A stretch of DNA of 64,000 nucleotides from Candidatus Marinacidobacterium sp. (GTDB lineage Bacteria > Acidobacteriota > Vicinamibacteria > Marinacidobacterales > Marinacidobacteraceae): assembly GCA_965204755.1 (NCBI GenBank), contig OZ242011.1:2688001-2752000 (forward strand). The letters are read 5' to 3'. The notes under the pieces are model-generated. The model saw only the letters and a program-made list of their open reading frames with translations, made no database searches and was not told the origin of the DNA. Made by a program: the position numbers and the translations under genes. Shown here piece by piece: positions 19,397 through 30,600 of the stretch (position 1 is its first letter; each line of letters starts with the position of its first letter).

Positions 19397-21197
19397 CGGC
19401 GGAGCGTCCGAGCGGGGACGGGCTCCGGGGCCGCCGCGGCTGCGGGTCGTTCGCGGGCGGTTCCGCCCGACGGTCCCCGCCGCCGGACTCGCCGCCGGAT
19501 TCGTCGCCGGCCTCTCCGCCGCCTTGCCTCCGGGCCCGGGCGCCGCGGGCCGGCAGCCTCCCGAAATCCGTTTCGTCGAGACCACCGTCGACTCCGGCGT
19601 CTCCTTCCGCCACGACCCCGGCGACCTCGCCGCGTATCCGCTCCCGGTGATCACCGGCGCCGGGGGGGCGGCGCTCTTCGACGCCGACGGTGACGGCGAC
19701 CTCGACCTCTACCTGATCCAGTCCGGCCCGCTCCCGGAGACCCGGGCGGACGCCGCCGCTCCGGAGTTGCCGGGAAACCGGCTGTTCCTCCGGCAACCGG
19801 ACGGCTCGTTCCGCGACGCCACCGAGTCGAGCGGCCTCGGCGATACCGGCTACGGCAACGGGGTCGCCGTCGGGGACGCCGACGGCGACGGCGACCCCGA
19901 TGTCTTCCTCGCCAACTACGGCGCGGATCGCCTGTATCGCAACGAAGGCGGGGGGCGGTTCACGCTCGCGGAGGATGCGTTCCCTCCCGCCGCTTCCGAC
20001 CCGGAGGAAGCGCCCGGCGGGCGATGGTCCACCGCCGCCGCGTTCTGCGACATGGACGGCGACACCGATCTCGACCTGTATGTGGGGGGTTACCTGACGG
20101 GCGACGCCACCCGCGAATGCGTCTCCGCGTCGGGCGAACGCGACTTCTGCTCGCCGCAGAGTTTCGACTACGAACGCGACACCCTCTGGCGCAATGTCGG
20201 CGGCGGGAAGTTCGAGGATGCCTCCGAACCGCTGGGTATCGCCGGGGCGCGGCTCCCGGCGCTCGGCATCCTCTGCCACGACTTCACCGGCGACGGGCGG
20301 CTCGACTTCTATGTGGCGAACGACGGCGAGGAGAACCTCCTGTGGGAGCAGCGGGAAGACGGCGCCTTCCGCGACGCCGCGCTGTTCCTGGGCGTCGCGC
20401 TGAACGGGCAGGGGCGGGCCGAGGCGAGCATGGGCGTCGCGCTCGGCGACGCCGACGGCGACGGCGACCTCGACCTGTTCATGACCCATGTGCGCGCGCA
20501 GTCGAACACCTTCTACCGGAGTCTGGGGGACGGCGCCTTCCGCGACGACACGCCGGCGGCGGGTTTGGGAGTGCCCAGCCTGCGCCTGACCGGTTTCGGA
20601 ACGCAGTTCGCCGACTTCGACCTCGACGGCGACCTCGACCTGGCGCTGGTGAACGGCGCGGTGGCGCGGGAAGGGGGCGTGGCCGCGTCCGGCGAACTCA
20701 CCGAGTACGCCGAGCCCGCGCAGGTCTTCGCCGGCGACGGGGCCGGCGTCTTCACGGAAGTCGAGGCCGGTGACTTCACGGCGCTCGACGCCGTGGGGCG
20801 GGGTCTCGCCGCCGGCGACTGGGATCGGGACGGCGACCTCGACCTGGTGGTCACCGAGGTCGGCGGCCCGGCGCGGCTCTACGAGAACCGTTCGGTTCGG
20901 GGCGGGGGTTTCCTGGTCGTCCGCCCGGAGGAGTTCTCCCGTTCCGCTCCGGGGGCGGTGGTTACCTTGGAGTTCGCCGGCGGCGGTTCGCTCGTGCGCC
21001 CGGTCCAGCCGGAGGCCGGTTTCCTGACCAGCAGCGAACCGGTTGCCCACTTCGGCCTGCCGACGGGGGCCGAGATCGCGGGTCTGCGCGTCCGCTGGCC
21101 GGACGGCGCAGCGGAGCGCTTTCCCGCGCCGGAGCGCGATTCCTACGCGACCGTCGTCCGCGGCCGCGGTCGGTCGGTCGGCGCTCCGGGTCGGTGA
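19389..21197 (+). CDS. CRTAC1-family FG-GAP/VCBS repeat protein with C-terminal ASPIC/UnbV domain
   Basis: Repeated DxDGDGDxDL motifs, ASMGVALGD, C-terminal GFLTSSEPVAHFGL..VRWPDG. Confidence 0.88.
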   Translation: MADGGASERGRAPGPPRLRVVRGRFRPTVPAAGLAAGFVAGLSAALPPGPGAAGRQPPEIRFVETTVDSGVSFRHDPGDLAAYPLPVITGAGGAALFDADGDGDLDLYLIQSGPLPETRADAAAPELPGNRLFLRQPDGSFRDATESSGLGDTGYGNGVAVGDADGDGDPDVFLANYGADRLYRNEGGGRFTLAEDAFPPAASDPEEAPGGRWSTAAAFCDMDGDTDLDLYVGGYLTGDATRECVSASGERDFCSPQSFDYERDTLWRNVGGGKFEDASEPLGIAGARLPALGILCHDFTGDGRLDFYVANDGEENLLWEQREDGAFRDAALFLGVALNGQGRAEASMGVALGDADGDGDLDLFMTHVRAQSNTFYRSLGDGAFRDDTPAAGLGVPSLRLTGFGTQFADFDLDGDLDLALVNGAVAREGGVAASGELTEYAEPAQVFAGDGAGVFTEVEAGDFTALDAVGRGLAAGDWDRDGDLDLVVTEVGGPARLYENRSVRGGGFLVVRPEEFSRSAPGAVVTLEFAGGGSLVRPVQPEAGFLTSSEPVAHFGLPTGAEIAGLRVRWPDGAAERFPAPERDSYATVVRGRGRSVGAPGR

Positions 21198-21200
21198 CGA

Positions 21201-21234
21201 CCGGCGGGCCGGTCTCTCGGCCGGCCCGTCCCGG
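21201..21234. terminator. Hairpin between convergent genes
   Basis: gcgggccgg..ccggcccgt inverted repeat between stops at 21197 and 21247. Confidence 0.4.
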
Positions 21235-21246
21235 TGAGGCCGCGGC

Positions 21247-21819
21247 CTAAAGTCCTCGGCCGGACGCGTACTCGACCAGCAGGTCCTCCAGGTTCTCCAA
21301 GGCGTCGGCGACGCGCCGCGCCTGTCCGGCGAGCGCTACCCGGGACAGGGTTTCGATGACGCGCTGCTCCGCAGGGTCGGCGTGCTCGAGAAGCGCCGCG
21401 ACCGCATACAGGGCATCGTCAGGCTCGGCGTCCTCCGCGGGTTCCGCGAAGGCCCGCGCCAACTCGCGGAGCCGTTCCCGCGGGATCCCGCGGCTCGCGG
21501 GGCCGCCGGGGTCCTCCCCCGGCGCATCGGTCCGCCGGTGGCGGGGCTCGGTATCGGAGGCGGCCGATCGCGCGGCGGCCGATCGGGTGAACACCACGGT
21601 TTCCGCGGCGAGATCCACCCGCGCGGTCTTCCAGCCGACCGTCATCCATGCCGCGGATTGGCCGTCGGCGCCGCTGTTCCCCCACCAAGCGCGATGCTCC
21701 CTCGCGGAGCGCGGCAGCGCCTCTCCCATGACGGCCTCCACTTCCGCGAAGGTCGCCTCCCAAGGGCTCGTCGGGAGCGAGGCCAGGTGTTTGGCGAGGC
21801 GTTGGTACTTGTTGATCAC
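21247..21819 (-). CDS. Hypothetical protein with DUF7662-like N-terminal domain
   Basis: GTG start; KYQRLAKHL..ATFAEVEAVMGEALPRSA..RAWWGN..QSAAWMTVGWK pattern. Confidence 0.65.
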   Translation of the reverse strand: MINKYQRLAKHLASLPTSPWEATFAEVEAVMGEALPRSAREHRAWWGNSGADGQSAAWMTVGWKTARVDLAAETVVFTRSAAARSAASDTEPRHRRTDAPGEDPGGPASRGIPRERLRELARAFAEPAEDAEPDDALYAVAALLEHADPAEQRVIETLSRVALAGQARRVADALENLEDLLVEYASGRGL

Positions 21820-21824
21820 GAGCC

Positions 21825-22334
21825 TTACCGCCCGGCGCGGCGGAGGGCGTCGAGCAGGCGCGTGTTCTCGTCGTCTTCCAGGAAGGTCTCGAACTCCAGG
21901 AAGTAACCCTCCGGGTCGTAGGCGACGAAGTTGCGCGTGGGGTGGTTCGCCGAGTCGCGCACCGGCCCGCGCATGGGGACGCCCCGGCTCACCAGGTACT
22001 CGTACCACTCGTCCACTTCGTCCGTGATGAACGAGAGGGTCACCGCCTTCGCTTCCGATGCGCGGTGCATTCCCCGCTCCTCGTCCACCAGGCCGACGAA
22101 GGAGGTGGGCGAGATCTGGTAGATGTGGGTGAAGGCCTGTTCGACGACCAGTTCCAGGCCGAGGACTTCGCCGTAGAAGTCTTGGGCGCGTTCCGGATCC
22201 TCGTAGTAGAGGAAGACGAGCGTCGCGTCCACTCCGAGCGACGCCGGGCGCTGCGGCGGCGCCGGCGGTTCGGCGGCGCGGGCGCCGGAAGCGGCGAGCG
22301 AGAACGCGAAACCGAGAAGGGCGAGGTTCTTCAT
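21825..22334 (-). CDS. VOC/glyoxalase family protein (secreted)
   Basis: Signal peptide; FLYYED.ERAQDFYGEVLGL, FVAYDPEGYFLEF. Confidence 0.85.
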   Translation of the reverse strand: MKNLALLGFAFSLAASGARAAEPPAPPQRPASLGVDATLVFLYYEDPERAQDFYGEVLGLELVVEQAFTHIYQISPTSFVGLVDEERGMHRASEAKAVTLSFITDEVDEWYEYLVSRGVPMRGPVRDSANHPTRNFVAYDPEGYFLEFETFLEDDENTRLLDALRRAGR

Positions 22335-22420
22335 CGTAAGTCTCCGAAGGAATTGGGAGGGCCGGGGCAGGGAACCGCCCGGCAACGGGATGGTCAGCGG
22401 GGGCGACGAGATACTCCGTC

Positions 22421-24235
22421 TCATCGCTCCCCGACGGTGAGCGAGCGCTCGTGGCGGCCGGCGCGGCGGGCGTGGGCGGACACGGTGACTTCCATCGGCC
22501 CGCGGCCGCGAATCGTCCATTCCACGGTCTTCCGGGATTCGTCGGCGCCCGAGCCCCAGCGGCGGATGTAGGCCATCGGGCCGAGGATGTGCCCGGCGTC
22601 CTGCGTGCTTTCGCCGCCCACCACTTCGCCGCCGTCCACCCGGATCGCCGCCAGGATCGGGTAGTCCAGCCGGATCTCGAGCGCCTTCCGCGTCACATAG
22701 GTCGAGAGGAACCCGTGGTTCCGCAGGACGGCGGTCACCCGGTGTTCGTCCCCGGACAGCGGTTCCGCCCGCAACTCCTCGACGCGCAGCAGCGGCGACC
22801 ACCCGGCGATGTACATCAGGTAGCGGTAGTGGAGTTCGCATTCCAGCCGCAGCCGCTCGTCCACGCCCTGCGGCAGCCCCCGGTAACCGCCGATCTCCAC
22901 CGTCCCCAGTTCCGGGTGCTCGAACGGCGTCCACGGAGCGAAGTACCGCCCGTCCTTCTCCTCGTCGTTCCACCGCAGGATCTCGTACTGGTCCACATAT
23001 CCGTTGCGGTCGTAGTCACGCCCGGCGCCGGAGATCTCCGGGAGGAGGCTGTGGATGCCCACCTGCATGTAGGCCCAGTCGTTCGAGAATCCGTGCATCG
23101 TCTCCCCGTACCGCCCGGCCTTCACTTCCTGGGCGTAGTAGTTGTTGTTCATCACGCCGCCCCCGCTGAGCGCCGACCAGATGCCCCCGATCCGGGTATA
23201 GAAGTCGTTGTCCTCGGGCGGCATGTACTCGAACGGATGGCTCATCGGCGGACGCACGATGTAGTTCTTCGCGCCGCCGCCGGAGTGGATCGTGTAGGTG
23301 AAGAAGATGTTCGGGCGCCCGGTGATGAATTCGGCGACGGCCCGCACCTCCGGCAGCGAGAACGGGTACGGGCCGGCGCCCGGTTCGTTCCGCTGCCACT
23401 CCGCCGACCAGTTCCGGTTGAAGTTCGGCGGCTCGCGTTCGTCGGTCACCGGCCGGGACAGCGGCGCGCCTTCGGTATGGATCCGGTAACGGCCCTCCGG
23501 CGGCGCCAGCGGCTCGAAGGACTCCGGCTCGTCGCGCGTGGTGGGAACGAAGTTCCACCGGCCGCCGGTCCGGTCCCGCACCCGCAGCATCAACCGGGGA
23601 TCGCGCGGACTCGGGTAGAAGTCCCCGTCCGGGTCGGGGATCCGCATCTGCGTCAAGTACCCGTCGCCGTCGAGGTCCCGACCGTCGTGCTGCTCCGGAC
23701 GGTGTCCCGGCCACGCGGGATGCCGGGTCAGCGCCGCTTCGCCGCCGTCCACATCGAACACCGGCATCACATAGAAGACGCGGGTGTCCAGCATCTCCGT
23801 GGCGATCGGGTCGCTTCCATGCGAGGCGACCGCTGCTTCGACGAAGTACAGCAGCATCTGCCGCCCGGTGACTTCGCGGGCGTGGATGTTCCCGTCGAGC
23901 CAGAGGCCGGGTTTCTCTTCGCCGGGGCCGGTGTCGCGATTCGTGAGTTCGAGCACCCGCAGCGGCCGTCCGCTGCCGCTCGCCCCGATCACCTGGAGCC
24001 GCGCGAGGTTCGGATGGCGCCGCGCGAGCGCTTCCATGCGCTCGGACACTTCGTCGTAGAGCGGGTACGGCCACCGGCCGAAGTCGAAATCGAGCCCCTC
24101 CGGGATTCGGGCCATTCCCGGCCCGGTCTGCGCGGGCGCCGGCAGAGCGCCGGCGAAGAGACCGAGCGCGGCGAACGCCCACGCTCCCTTCGGACGGGGT
24201 CGCCGGCGTCGTCGCGGCATGGTTTCCTTCGTCAT
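22421..24235 (-). CDS. M14 family zinc carboxypeptidase
   Basis: DGNIHARE zinc motif, NFNRNW, GPYPFSLPE. Confidence 0.88.
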   Translation of the reverse strand: MTKETMPRRRRRPRPKGAWAFAALGLFAGALPAPAQTGPGMARIPEGLDFDFGRWPYPLYDEVSERMEALARRHPNLARLQVIGASGSGRPLRVLELTNRDTGPGEEKPGLWLDGNIHAREVTGRQMLLYFVEAAVASHGSDPIATEMLDTRVFYVMPVFDVDGGEAALTRHPAWPGHRPEQHDGRDLDGDGYLTQMRIPDPDGDFYPSPRDPRLMLRVRDRTGGRWNFVPTTRDEPESFEPLAPPEGRYRIHTEGAPLSRPVTDEREPPNFNRNWSAEWQRNEPGAGPYPFSLPEVRAVAEFITGRPNIFFTYTIHSGGGAKNYIVRPPMSHPFEYMPPEDNDFYTRIGGIWSALSGGGVMNNNYYAQEVKAGRYGETMHGFSNDWAYMQVGIHSLLPEISGAGRDYDRNGYVDQYEILRWNDEEKDGRYFAPWTPFEHPELGTVEIGGYRGLPQGVDERLRLECELHYRYLMYIAGWSPLLRVEELRAEPLSGDEHRVTAVLRNHGFLSTYVTRKALEIRLDYPILAAIRVDGGEVVGGESTQDAGHILGPMAYIRRWGSGADESRKTVEWTIRGRGPMEVTVSAHARRAGRHERSLTVGER

Positions 24236-24240
24236 GTGCT

Positions 24241-25380
24241 TCACCGTATCGGCGTGGAGAGCGCGCCGATTCCCTCGATCTCGATATGGACGGTTTGCCC
24301 CGCCTCCAGGAACTCCGGCGGGTTGCGGGCCGAACCCACGCCGTCCGGCGTCCCGGTGGCGATCACATCCCCCGGCTGGAGCGTCATGATGGAACTCGCG
24401 TAGGAAACGAGATGCGCCACCGTCCAGATCATGTCCGCGGTCGTCCCGTCCTGCACCACCCGGTCGTCCACCCGGGTGACCAGCGAAAGCGACTGCGGGT
24501 CGGGCAGGAACTCCGTCGGCGTGATGAACGGCCCCATCGGCGCCGCCCGGTCGCCGCTCTTCCCGGAGAACCAGTCCGGCCCGGGGAACATCGGGTCTTC
24601 GCGGAACCGTCCGCCCCGGTCGCTCACATCGAAGACGACGGTGTACCCGAACACCCGGTCGAGCGCTTCGTCGGTCGAGACGCGGAGCGTCGGTTCGCCG
24701 ATCACCACGCCGAGTTCGCCTTCCCAATCGATGCGGTCGCGCCCCGGCGGTATCCGGTATTCCTCGCCGGTTCCGATGATTCCCGAACGCGCCGACTTGG
24801 CGAAGAGGTACGGCGCGTCCCGGCCGGGGACGATGTTCCGCGCCACATCCATCTCGGCGGCGTGCATCCGGTAGTTCGCGGCGGCGGCCAGCAGGTTGGC
24901 CGGGTAGAGCAGCGGCGCGGTGAGCCGGTGCGGCTCGACGCGGAACCGCAGCCCGCCCACGCGCCCGGCGAAGTGGTTGGCGATCCCGTGGAGCCGCGCC
25001 TTGGCGTCCGGGCCGGCGGCGATGACTTCCAGCAGGTCCTCCGCGAGCAGCGCGTCGCCGCCCCCGGTCTCGCTCAGGAAGAGCGCTTCGGCGGCCATGA
25101 GGTCGAGGATCTCCCCTTCGATCACGATGGCCGCCCGCGGGTCGCCGTCCCCGGAGTCGGAAGAGCGGTAGGTGGCCACCTTCCACGGCGTCTCCGGCGC
25201 CGTCGATACGCTTGCGGCGGGCGTGTTCCCGCCCGCCCCGCAGCCGCCGGCGGCGGCGACGCCGGCCGCGGCGAGGCCGAGCGCGGCCGCCGCCGCGGCC
25301 GCCGGGTAAGGGAAGCCGGACCGAAGTTCCCTGCGGCGCGCCCGGCTCTCGCGCCGCGTCCTCGACGAGCACACGAACAT
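24241..25380 (-). CDS. Fumarylacetoacetate hydrolase family protein
   Basis: DWEGELGVVIG, DVSDR, GKS..APMGP, LQPGDVIATGTP. Confidence 0.9.
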   Translation of the reverse strand: MFVCSSRTRRESRARRRELRSGFPYPAAAAAAALGLAAAGVAAAGGCGAGGNTPAASVSTAPETPWKVATYRSSDSGDGDPRAAIVIEGEILDLMAAEALFLSETGGGDALLAEDLLEVIAAGPDAKARLHGIANHFAGRVGGLRFRVEPHRLTAPLLYPANLLAAAANYRMHAAEMDVARNIVPGRDAPYLFAKSARSGIIGTGEEYRIPPGRDRIDWEGELGVVIGEPTLRVSTDEALDRVFGYTVVFDVSDRGGRFREDPMFPGPDWFSGKSGDRAAPMGPFITPTEFLPDPQSLSLVTRVDDRVVQDGTTADMIWTVAHLVSYASSIMTLQPGDVIATGTPDGVGSARNPPEFLEAGQTVHIEIEGIGALSTPIR

Positions 25381-25484
25381 GCGCCTTAGCCTACCCGACC
25401 GCCGACGCCCCGCCCGCGTTCCCGCCGACCCGGCCCCGCCGCCGGGGATTCCGTAGGAAAATCCACCCCCCGGAGGAATCCACC

Positions 25485-25859
25485 ATGCTGCTTCGCCTCG
25501 TCCTCGTCCTGTCCGTCGGGCTCCTGCTCGGCTTCGCGCTCGGCTCCCGCGCCGCCCCCGGCCAGGAGCAGCGCACCCGCCGCGTCCCCCAGTTCGAGAA
25601 CGAACACCTGCGCGTCTGGAAGACGATCATCCACCCGAACCAGCCGCTCGCCATGCACCGCCACGAGAACGGCCGCGCCATCGTGGCGCTCAAGGGCGGC
25701 ACGCTCCATGTCGTGACGGAGGCCGGCGACGAAAAGGCCATGACCTGGGAGTCCGGCCGCGCCTACTGGCTGGATGCCGACCCGCCGGGCGAACTCCACG
25801 GCGATGTCAACCGCGGCGCCGACCCCATCGAAGTCATCGTCCTCGAACTGAACCGCTGA
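25485..25859 (+). CDS. Secreted cupin-domain protein
   Basis: GGAGG SD; signal peptide; FENEHLRVW, MHRHE, H.DVN...PIEVIVLEL. Confidence 0.8.
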   Translation: MLLRLVLVLSVGLLLGFALGSRAAPGQEQRTRRVPQFENEHLRVWKTIIHPNQPLAMHRHENGRAIVALKGGTLHVVTEAGDEKAMTWESGRAYWLDADPPGELHGDVNRGADPIEVIVLELNR

Positions 25860-25894
25860 CCCGCCCGAACCGCAGTCAGCCCCGAACGCCACCG

Positions 25895-27250
25895 ATGCGC
25901 GCCCGAGACAGCGACCCCGCCGGTACGCCCATGCGCCCCGACGACGGGGGATTGCTCGCGGAGGCCCTGGCGGCGCTCGACGAGCGGAAGCGTGAACTCG
26001 ACACGTTGTCGCCGCTGACGAGCGAGATCTACGCTCCGGTGCGGCGGAGACTCCGCATTCTCGCCGACCATCATTCGAGCGCCATCGAGGGCAACACGCT
26101 GACGCTGGGAGAGACCGCCGAGTATCTGCGCAGCGGAACCCGCCCTCCGGGCAAACCGGAGAGCGAGGTCATGGAGATCCGGGGCCACGACGACGCTGTG
26201 GAGGCCGTGGAGGAAGCCCTGCGGACCGGCGAGGCGCTCACCGAGGAGTTTCTCCTTCGGCTTCATCGTGTCCTGATGTCGCCCGTCGTGAATCAGGAAG
26301 CCGCCTTTTCCGGCCTCCCGCCGCCCTCGACTCGACCGGTCGGAAGTTACAAGACTGTTCCCAACTCGGTACGGACCGCTCGCGGAGAGAGGACCTTCAC
26401 GCCTCCGGAGAAGACGCCCGAAGCCGTGCGCAATCTCTTGGCTTGGCTCACGGCGCAGCGGGAAGCGGCCCCGCACCCGGTCGCGGTGGCCGCCGGGTTC
26501 CACTGGCGGTTCGTCGAGATCCATCCATTCTACGACGGCAACGGCCGAATGGCGCGGCTGTTGATGAACCTGATCCTTCGTCAGCGCGGCTATCCGGAGG
26601 CCGTGTTCCGAGTGCAGGATCGCGATCTCTATCTCGAACATCTCGTGCAGGCGGACGCGGGAGAGATCTCGGGATTCATTCGGTTCATCGCGAACTACTG
26701 CGGTTACGCGATGGACCTGTACCTCCGCTGCGGTCGAGGAGAGTCCATCGAGGAACCCGACGACATCGACTTCGACATCGCGGACTTCGTGAGTCGCGTC
26801 CGATCGGAAGGGCGGCGAAGCGAGGTCCGGTCCGCCCGCGAGTCGGCCGAGACGCTGCTCTTCCCGTTCTATCGTCACTTCCGCTCCAAACTACGACTGA
26901 TCTTCGAGTACTTCGAGGAGAACGACTTGTCCCTTGAAGTCTCCGGAGTGCTGGACTCCGGAGAGTCCTTCAAGCGGAGTTTTCGAGATCGGCTGGATGG
27001 CGAGGATCTACCGAGCGAGTCGAGAGTCACCTTCGTGGAAGCGAGTTGGGTCGCGAAACGCGGTCTCGCCAATATCACGGTGCGCGGAGAACCCTCCTCG
27101 GGTGAGGTCGGAGCCTGGACTTGGAGATTCGGGTCGGATGGCTGGGAAACCGTGCTGACGGCCGAGGAGTCGGAGGCGGGCGCCAAGAGTCTGAAACTCC
27201 GGTTCAACGAGGAGTTGCGGCGCGTGATGAAGAAACGACTCACCGACTGA
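25895..27250 (+). CDS. Fic family AMPylase (class II, N-terminal autoinhibitory helix)
   Basis: Catalytic HPFYDGNGRMAR; inhibitory SSAIEGN. Confidence 0.92.
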   Translation: MRARDSDPAGTPMRPDDGGLLAEALAALDERKRELDTLSPLTSEIYAPVRRRLRILADHHSSAIEGNTLTLGETAEYLRSGTRPPGKPESEVMEIRGHDDAVEAVEEALRTGEALTEEFLLRLHRVLMSPVVNQEAAFSGLPPPSTRPVGSYKTVPNSVRTARGERTFTPPEKTPEAVRNLLAWLTAQREAAPHPVAVAAGFHWRFVEIHPFYDGNGRMARLLMNLILRQRGYPEAVFRVQDRDLYLEHLVQADAGEISGFIRFIANYCGYAMDLYLRCGRGESIEEPDDIDFDIADFVSRVRSEGRRSEVRSARESAETLLFPFYRHFRSKLRLIFEYFEENDLSLEVSGVLDSGESFKRSFRDRLDGEDLPSESRVTFVEASWVAKRGLANITVRGEPSSGEVGAWTWRFGSDGWETVLTAEESEAGAKSLKLRFNEELRRVMKKRLTD

Positions 27251-27627
27251 GTCTGCCACCGGGAACTCCTGCGACGGACGACTTTCCGTAGATTCGTTCG
27301 ACGGTCATCGAACGGCTCTGCTCAGTCCACGCGGGGCGGAAGACGCACGGTGCCCGGGATCCGACGGCGTGGCCCTCCCCGCCCACCCCCGACCGCCCCG
27401 AGGCGGGCGGCGACGGGTCCGGCGGGGACGAAGGTTCCGGCGACCGTGAGATCCGGCGCCACGGTCGAGACCCCCGGGAAGAGGGGTGCCGCGTAGGGTT
27501 TGGGCAGGGCGTCGCGCTCGCGCCCCGCATCGGTGCTCCGGCCGAGGCGGCCGTGCCGATCCCGTTCGCAGAAGATTTCGGCCCATGGACTGATCGCCCT
27601 GTTTTCGGGCCATAATCCGCGCCGGAG

Positions 27628-30600
27628 ATGACTTCCGGCGACGGCGGACGCGGCCTGTTCATCGTCGACAACAGCATCTCCGGTTGGACCGGGCTCCGGT
27701 ATCTCGAGCAGTGGGCGGACATCGCCCGGAAATTCGATGTGGCCACGGGCTTCTTCGAGATCGGCGCCCTTCTGGCCCTCGACGGGAAGTGGCAGGGGCT
27801 CGAAAAGGTCCGCATCCTGATGGGGGCGGAGACGACCCACCGGACGCGCGGACTGCTGCGGAAGTCGGTCGAGGAGCGGGTGATCCGCGAACTCGACCGG
27901 AGCATCGAGTCGAACCGGACCGACAACCCGTTCCTCCACGGCGTTCCCGGGATCGTGGAAGGCCTCCGGAGCGGACAGATCGAGTGTCGCATCTACGACC
28001 GCGCCAAGTTCCACGCGAAGGCGTACATCACGCACGCCAAACTGGACATCATCGGCTCACAGGCATTGGTCGGTTCGAGCAACTTCACGAAGCCGGGCCT
28101 CACGCAGAACATCGAACTCAATGTCCAGATCCAGAGCGCCCGGGAGGTGGGGCAACTCCAGGAATGGTTCGAGGAGCACTGGCGGAAGGCGCGGCCGGTG
28201 ACGGACGATGTGATCCGGACGGTCGAGCGGCATGTCCGGCCGTTTTCGCCGTTCGAGATCTGGGCGAAGGCGCTTCAGGAATTCTTTCGCGGGCACGAAC
28301 TGACCGCGACCGAGTGGGACGAGGGCGAGTCGAAGATGTTCCCGCGCCTCGACCGCTACCAGAAGGAGGCCTACTGGGCGTTGATGAAGATCGCCCGCCA
28401 GCACGGCGGCGCGTTCCTGTGCGACGGCGTGGGACTCGGCAAGACCTTCGTCGGCCTGATGCTCATCGAGCGCTTGGTAGTCCACGAGCGCAAGCGCGTC
28501 GTCCTGTTCGCCCCGAAGGCCGCGCGTGAGGGGGTTTGGGACCCGCACATCGAGCGCTTTCTCGCTCACATCGGCGGTGGATCGGACTTCAGCAACCTCG
28601 CGGTCTTCAACCACACCGACCTGAGCCGCGGCGGCGAGTTCCCGGAGCGATTCGAGCGGATCGCGGAGATGGCCGATGTCGTAGTCGTGGACGAGGCCCA
28701 TCACTTTCGCAATCCCGGAAGTCCGGGAAATGCGGAAGTGTCGCGATCTCGGTACTACCGGCTCTACGACCTGCTTGATCCACGCCGCCGCCCAAAATCG
28801 GTTTTCCTGTTGACGGCGACGCCCATCAACAACCGACTCGCCGACTTTCGACACATGGCTGAACTGTTCACTCGTCGCGACGAGCGGTATTTCGGCCGGA
28901 CGCTCGGTGTCAACGACCTGCCGGCGCACTTCCGCAAGATGGAACGTGCTCTGACCGAACGAGTCGGTCACGACACCCCCGATGTATCGGAACAGTCAGT
29001 CGAAGCGATGGATGTTCTCGCCGGAGACAGAGTCTTCCGGGAACTCGTGGTACAGCGGAGCCGTGCGTACGCGAAGGAGAGTCAAGAGCGGGAGACCGGT
29101 CTCTCGGCGTCGTTCCCCAAGAGGGAGCCGCCTCAAGTGGAGCCCTACTCCATCGAGAAGACCTACGGCGGCTTGCTCGAGAAATTCGGCACATCCTTCG
29201 CGGGCTCGAACCCACTGTTCACCCTTCCGATGTACTACCCGTTGCATTGGTACATCGGACCCGACCAAGACATCGACCGAAGGGAAGAGAATCGCCAGAA
29301 GCAAGTCGTCGGGTTGATCCGCACCAACTTCCTGAAGCGGTTCGAGAGTTCCGTGACGGCGTTCGAGTTGTCCTGCGTCCGACTGATGGGCAAACTGCTG
29401 GCGTTCGTGGAGGTCCACAGCGAGGGCGACGGGGCGAAGGATCGGCTGGTCCGGTGGCGCACGAGGAACGAGGCGACGATCGAGCGGGCGACTGCCAAGC
29501 GGGACGAGTACTGGAGCGAGGAGGATGAGATCGAGGGAGACGACGACTTGGTCCTTCCCGAGATGATCGAGGAGGTCGGACGACTGAAGGCGACCGAGTA
29601 CGCCCTTTCGGAGATGCTCGACGAGACCTACGGCGACCTGGACCGGATCGTCGGGTTTCTCGAAGAGATGCAGAAACTCGATGTGAGGAGCGACGACAAA
29701 CTGCAGTCGCTCGTGCGTTTGCTTCGTTCGGACGAGAATACCGGCCGGAAGATGCTGGTCTTCACCGAATTCGCGGACACGGCGAAGTACTTGGCAGGAC
29801 ACCTGCGCGAACAGGGTGTCGAGGGAGTGGAGCAACTCGACGGATCGTCGAACAAGAACCGGGCGGAGATCATTCGGCGGTTCTCGCCCTACTACAATGG
29901 CAGTTCCGTAGCAGACTTGCGAATGACCGGCCGGAAGGAAATCCGCGTGCTGGTGTCCACGGATGTCCTGTCCGAGGGGCTCAACCTCCAGGACGCGAGC
30001 CGGATGATCAACTACGACATCCACTGGAACCCGGTCCGGCTGATGCAGCGAATCGGGCGGGTGGACCGGCGGATGGATCCGGCCATCGAGGAGAGACTTC
30101 TTCGAGACCGGCCGGAGGAGGCGTCGCAGCGGGGAACCGTCCGCTTCTGGAACTTCCTGCCGCCCGAGGAACTGAACGACCTCCTGTCCCTCTACACGAG
30201 TGTCACCCGGAAGACGCTGCTGATCTCGGCCACGCTCGGCATCGAGGGGCGGAAACTGCTGACGCCGGAGGACGACTTCGAGGCCCTGAGGGAGTTCAAC
30301 GACGCCTACGAGGGGACGAAATCCGCCGTCGAGGAGATGCATCTCGAGTACCAGGCGCTCGTCCGGGATGACCCCGGTTTGGAGCAGAGTCTCCGCGATC
30401 TGCCGGGGGGCGCGTTCAGCGGGAGGCGGCGTGTCTCGAAGGACGCCCGGGCGGTGTTCTTCTGCTACGGCCTGCCGGCCTTGGACAAGGAGAAGGGCGA
30501 GTTCACGGAGGAAGCGGGGCTGACCCGGTGGTATCTCCATGACCTGGGTCAGGGCGCGACCTTTGAGGATGCCGCCGAGATCGCGGGGAGCGTACGGTCG

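Noticed and set aside
9287-21050. Very long antisense or alternate-frame ORFs (9287..11989, 12604..16491, 13455..18371, 17652..21050 and similar)
   Set aside because: Shadow ORFs expected in high-GC DNA; Arg/Pro/Gly-rich with no motifs and overlapping well-supported genes.
27251-27627. Possible ncRNA or gene remnant between Fic and the helicase
   Set aside because: No recognisable structure or protein motif; only a CATAAT -10-like box near 27611.
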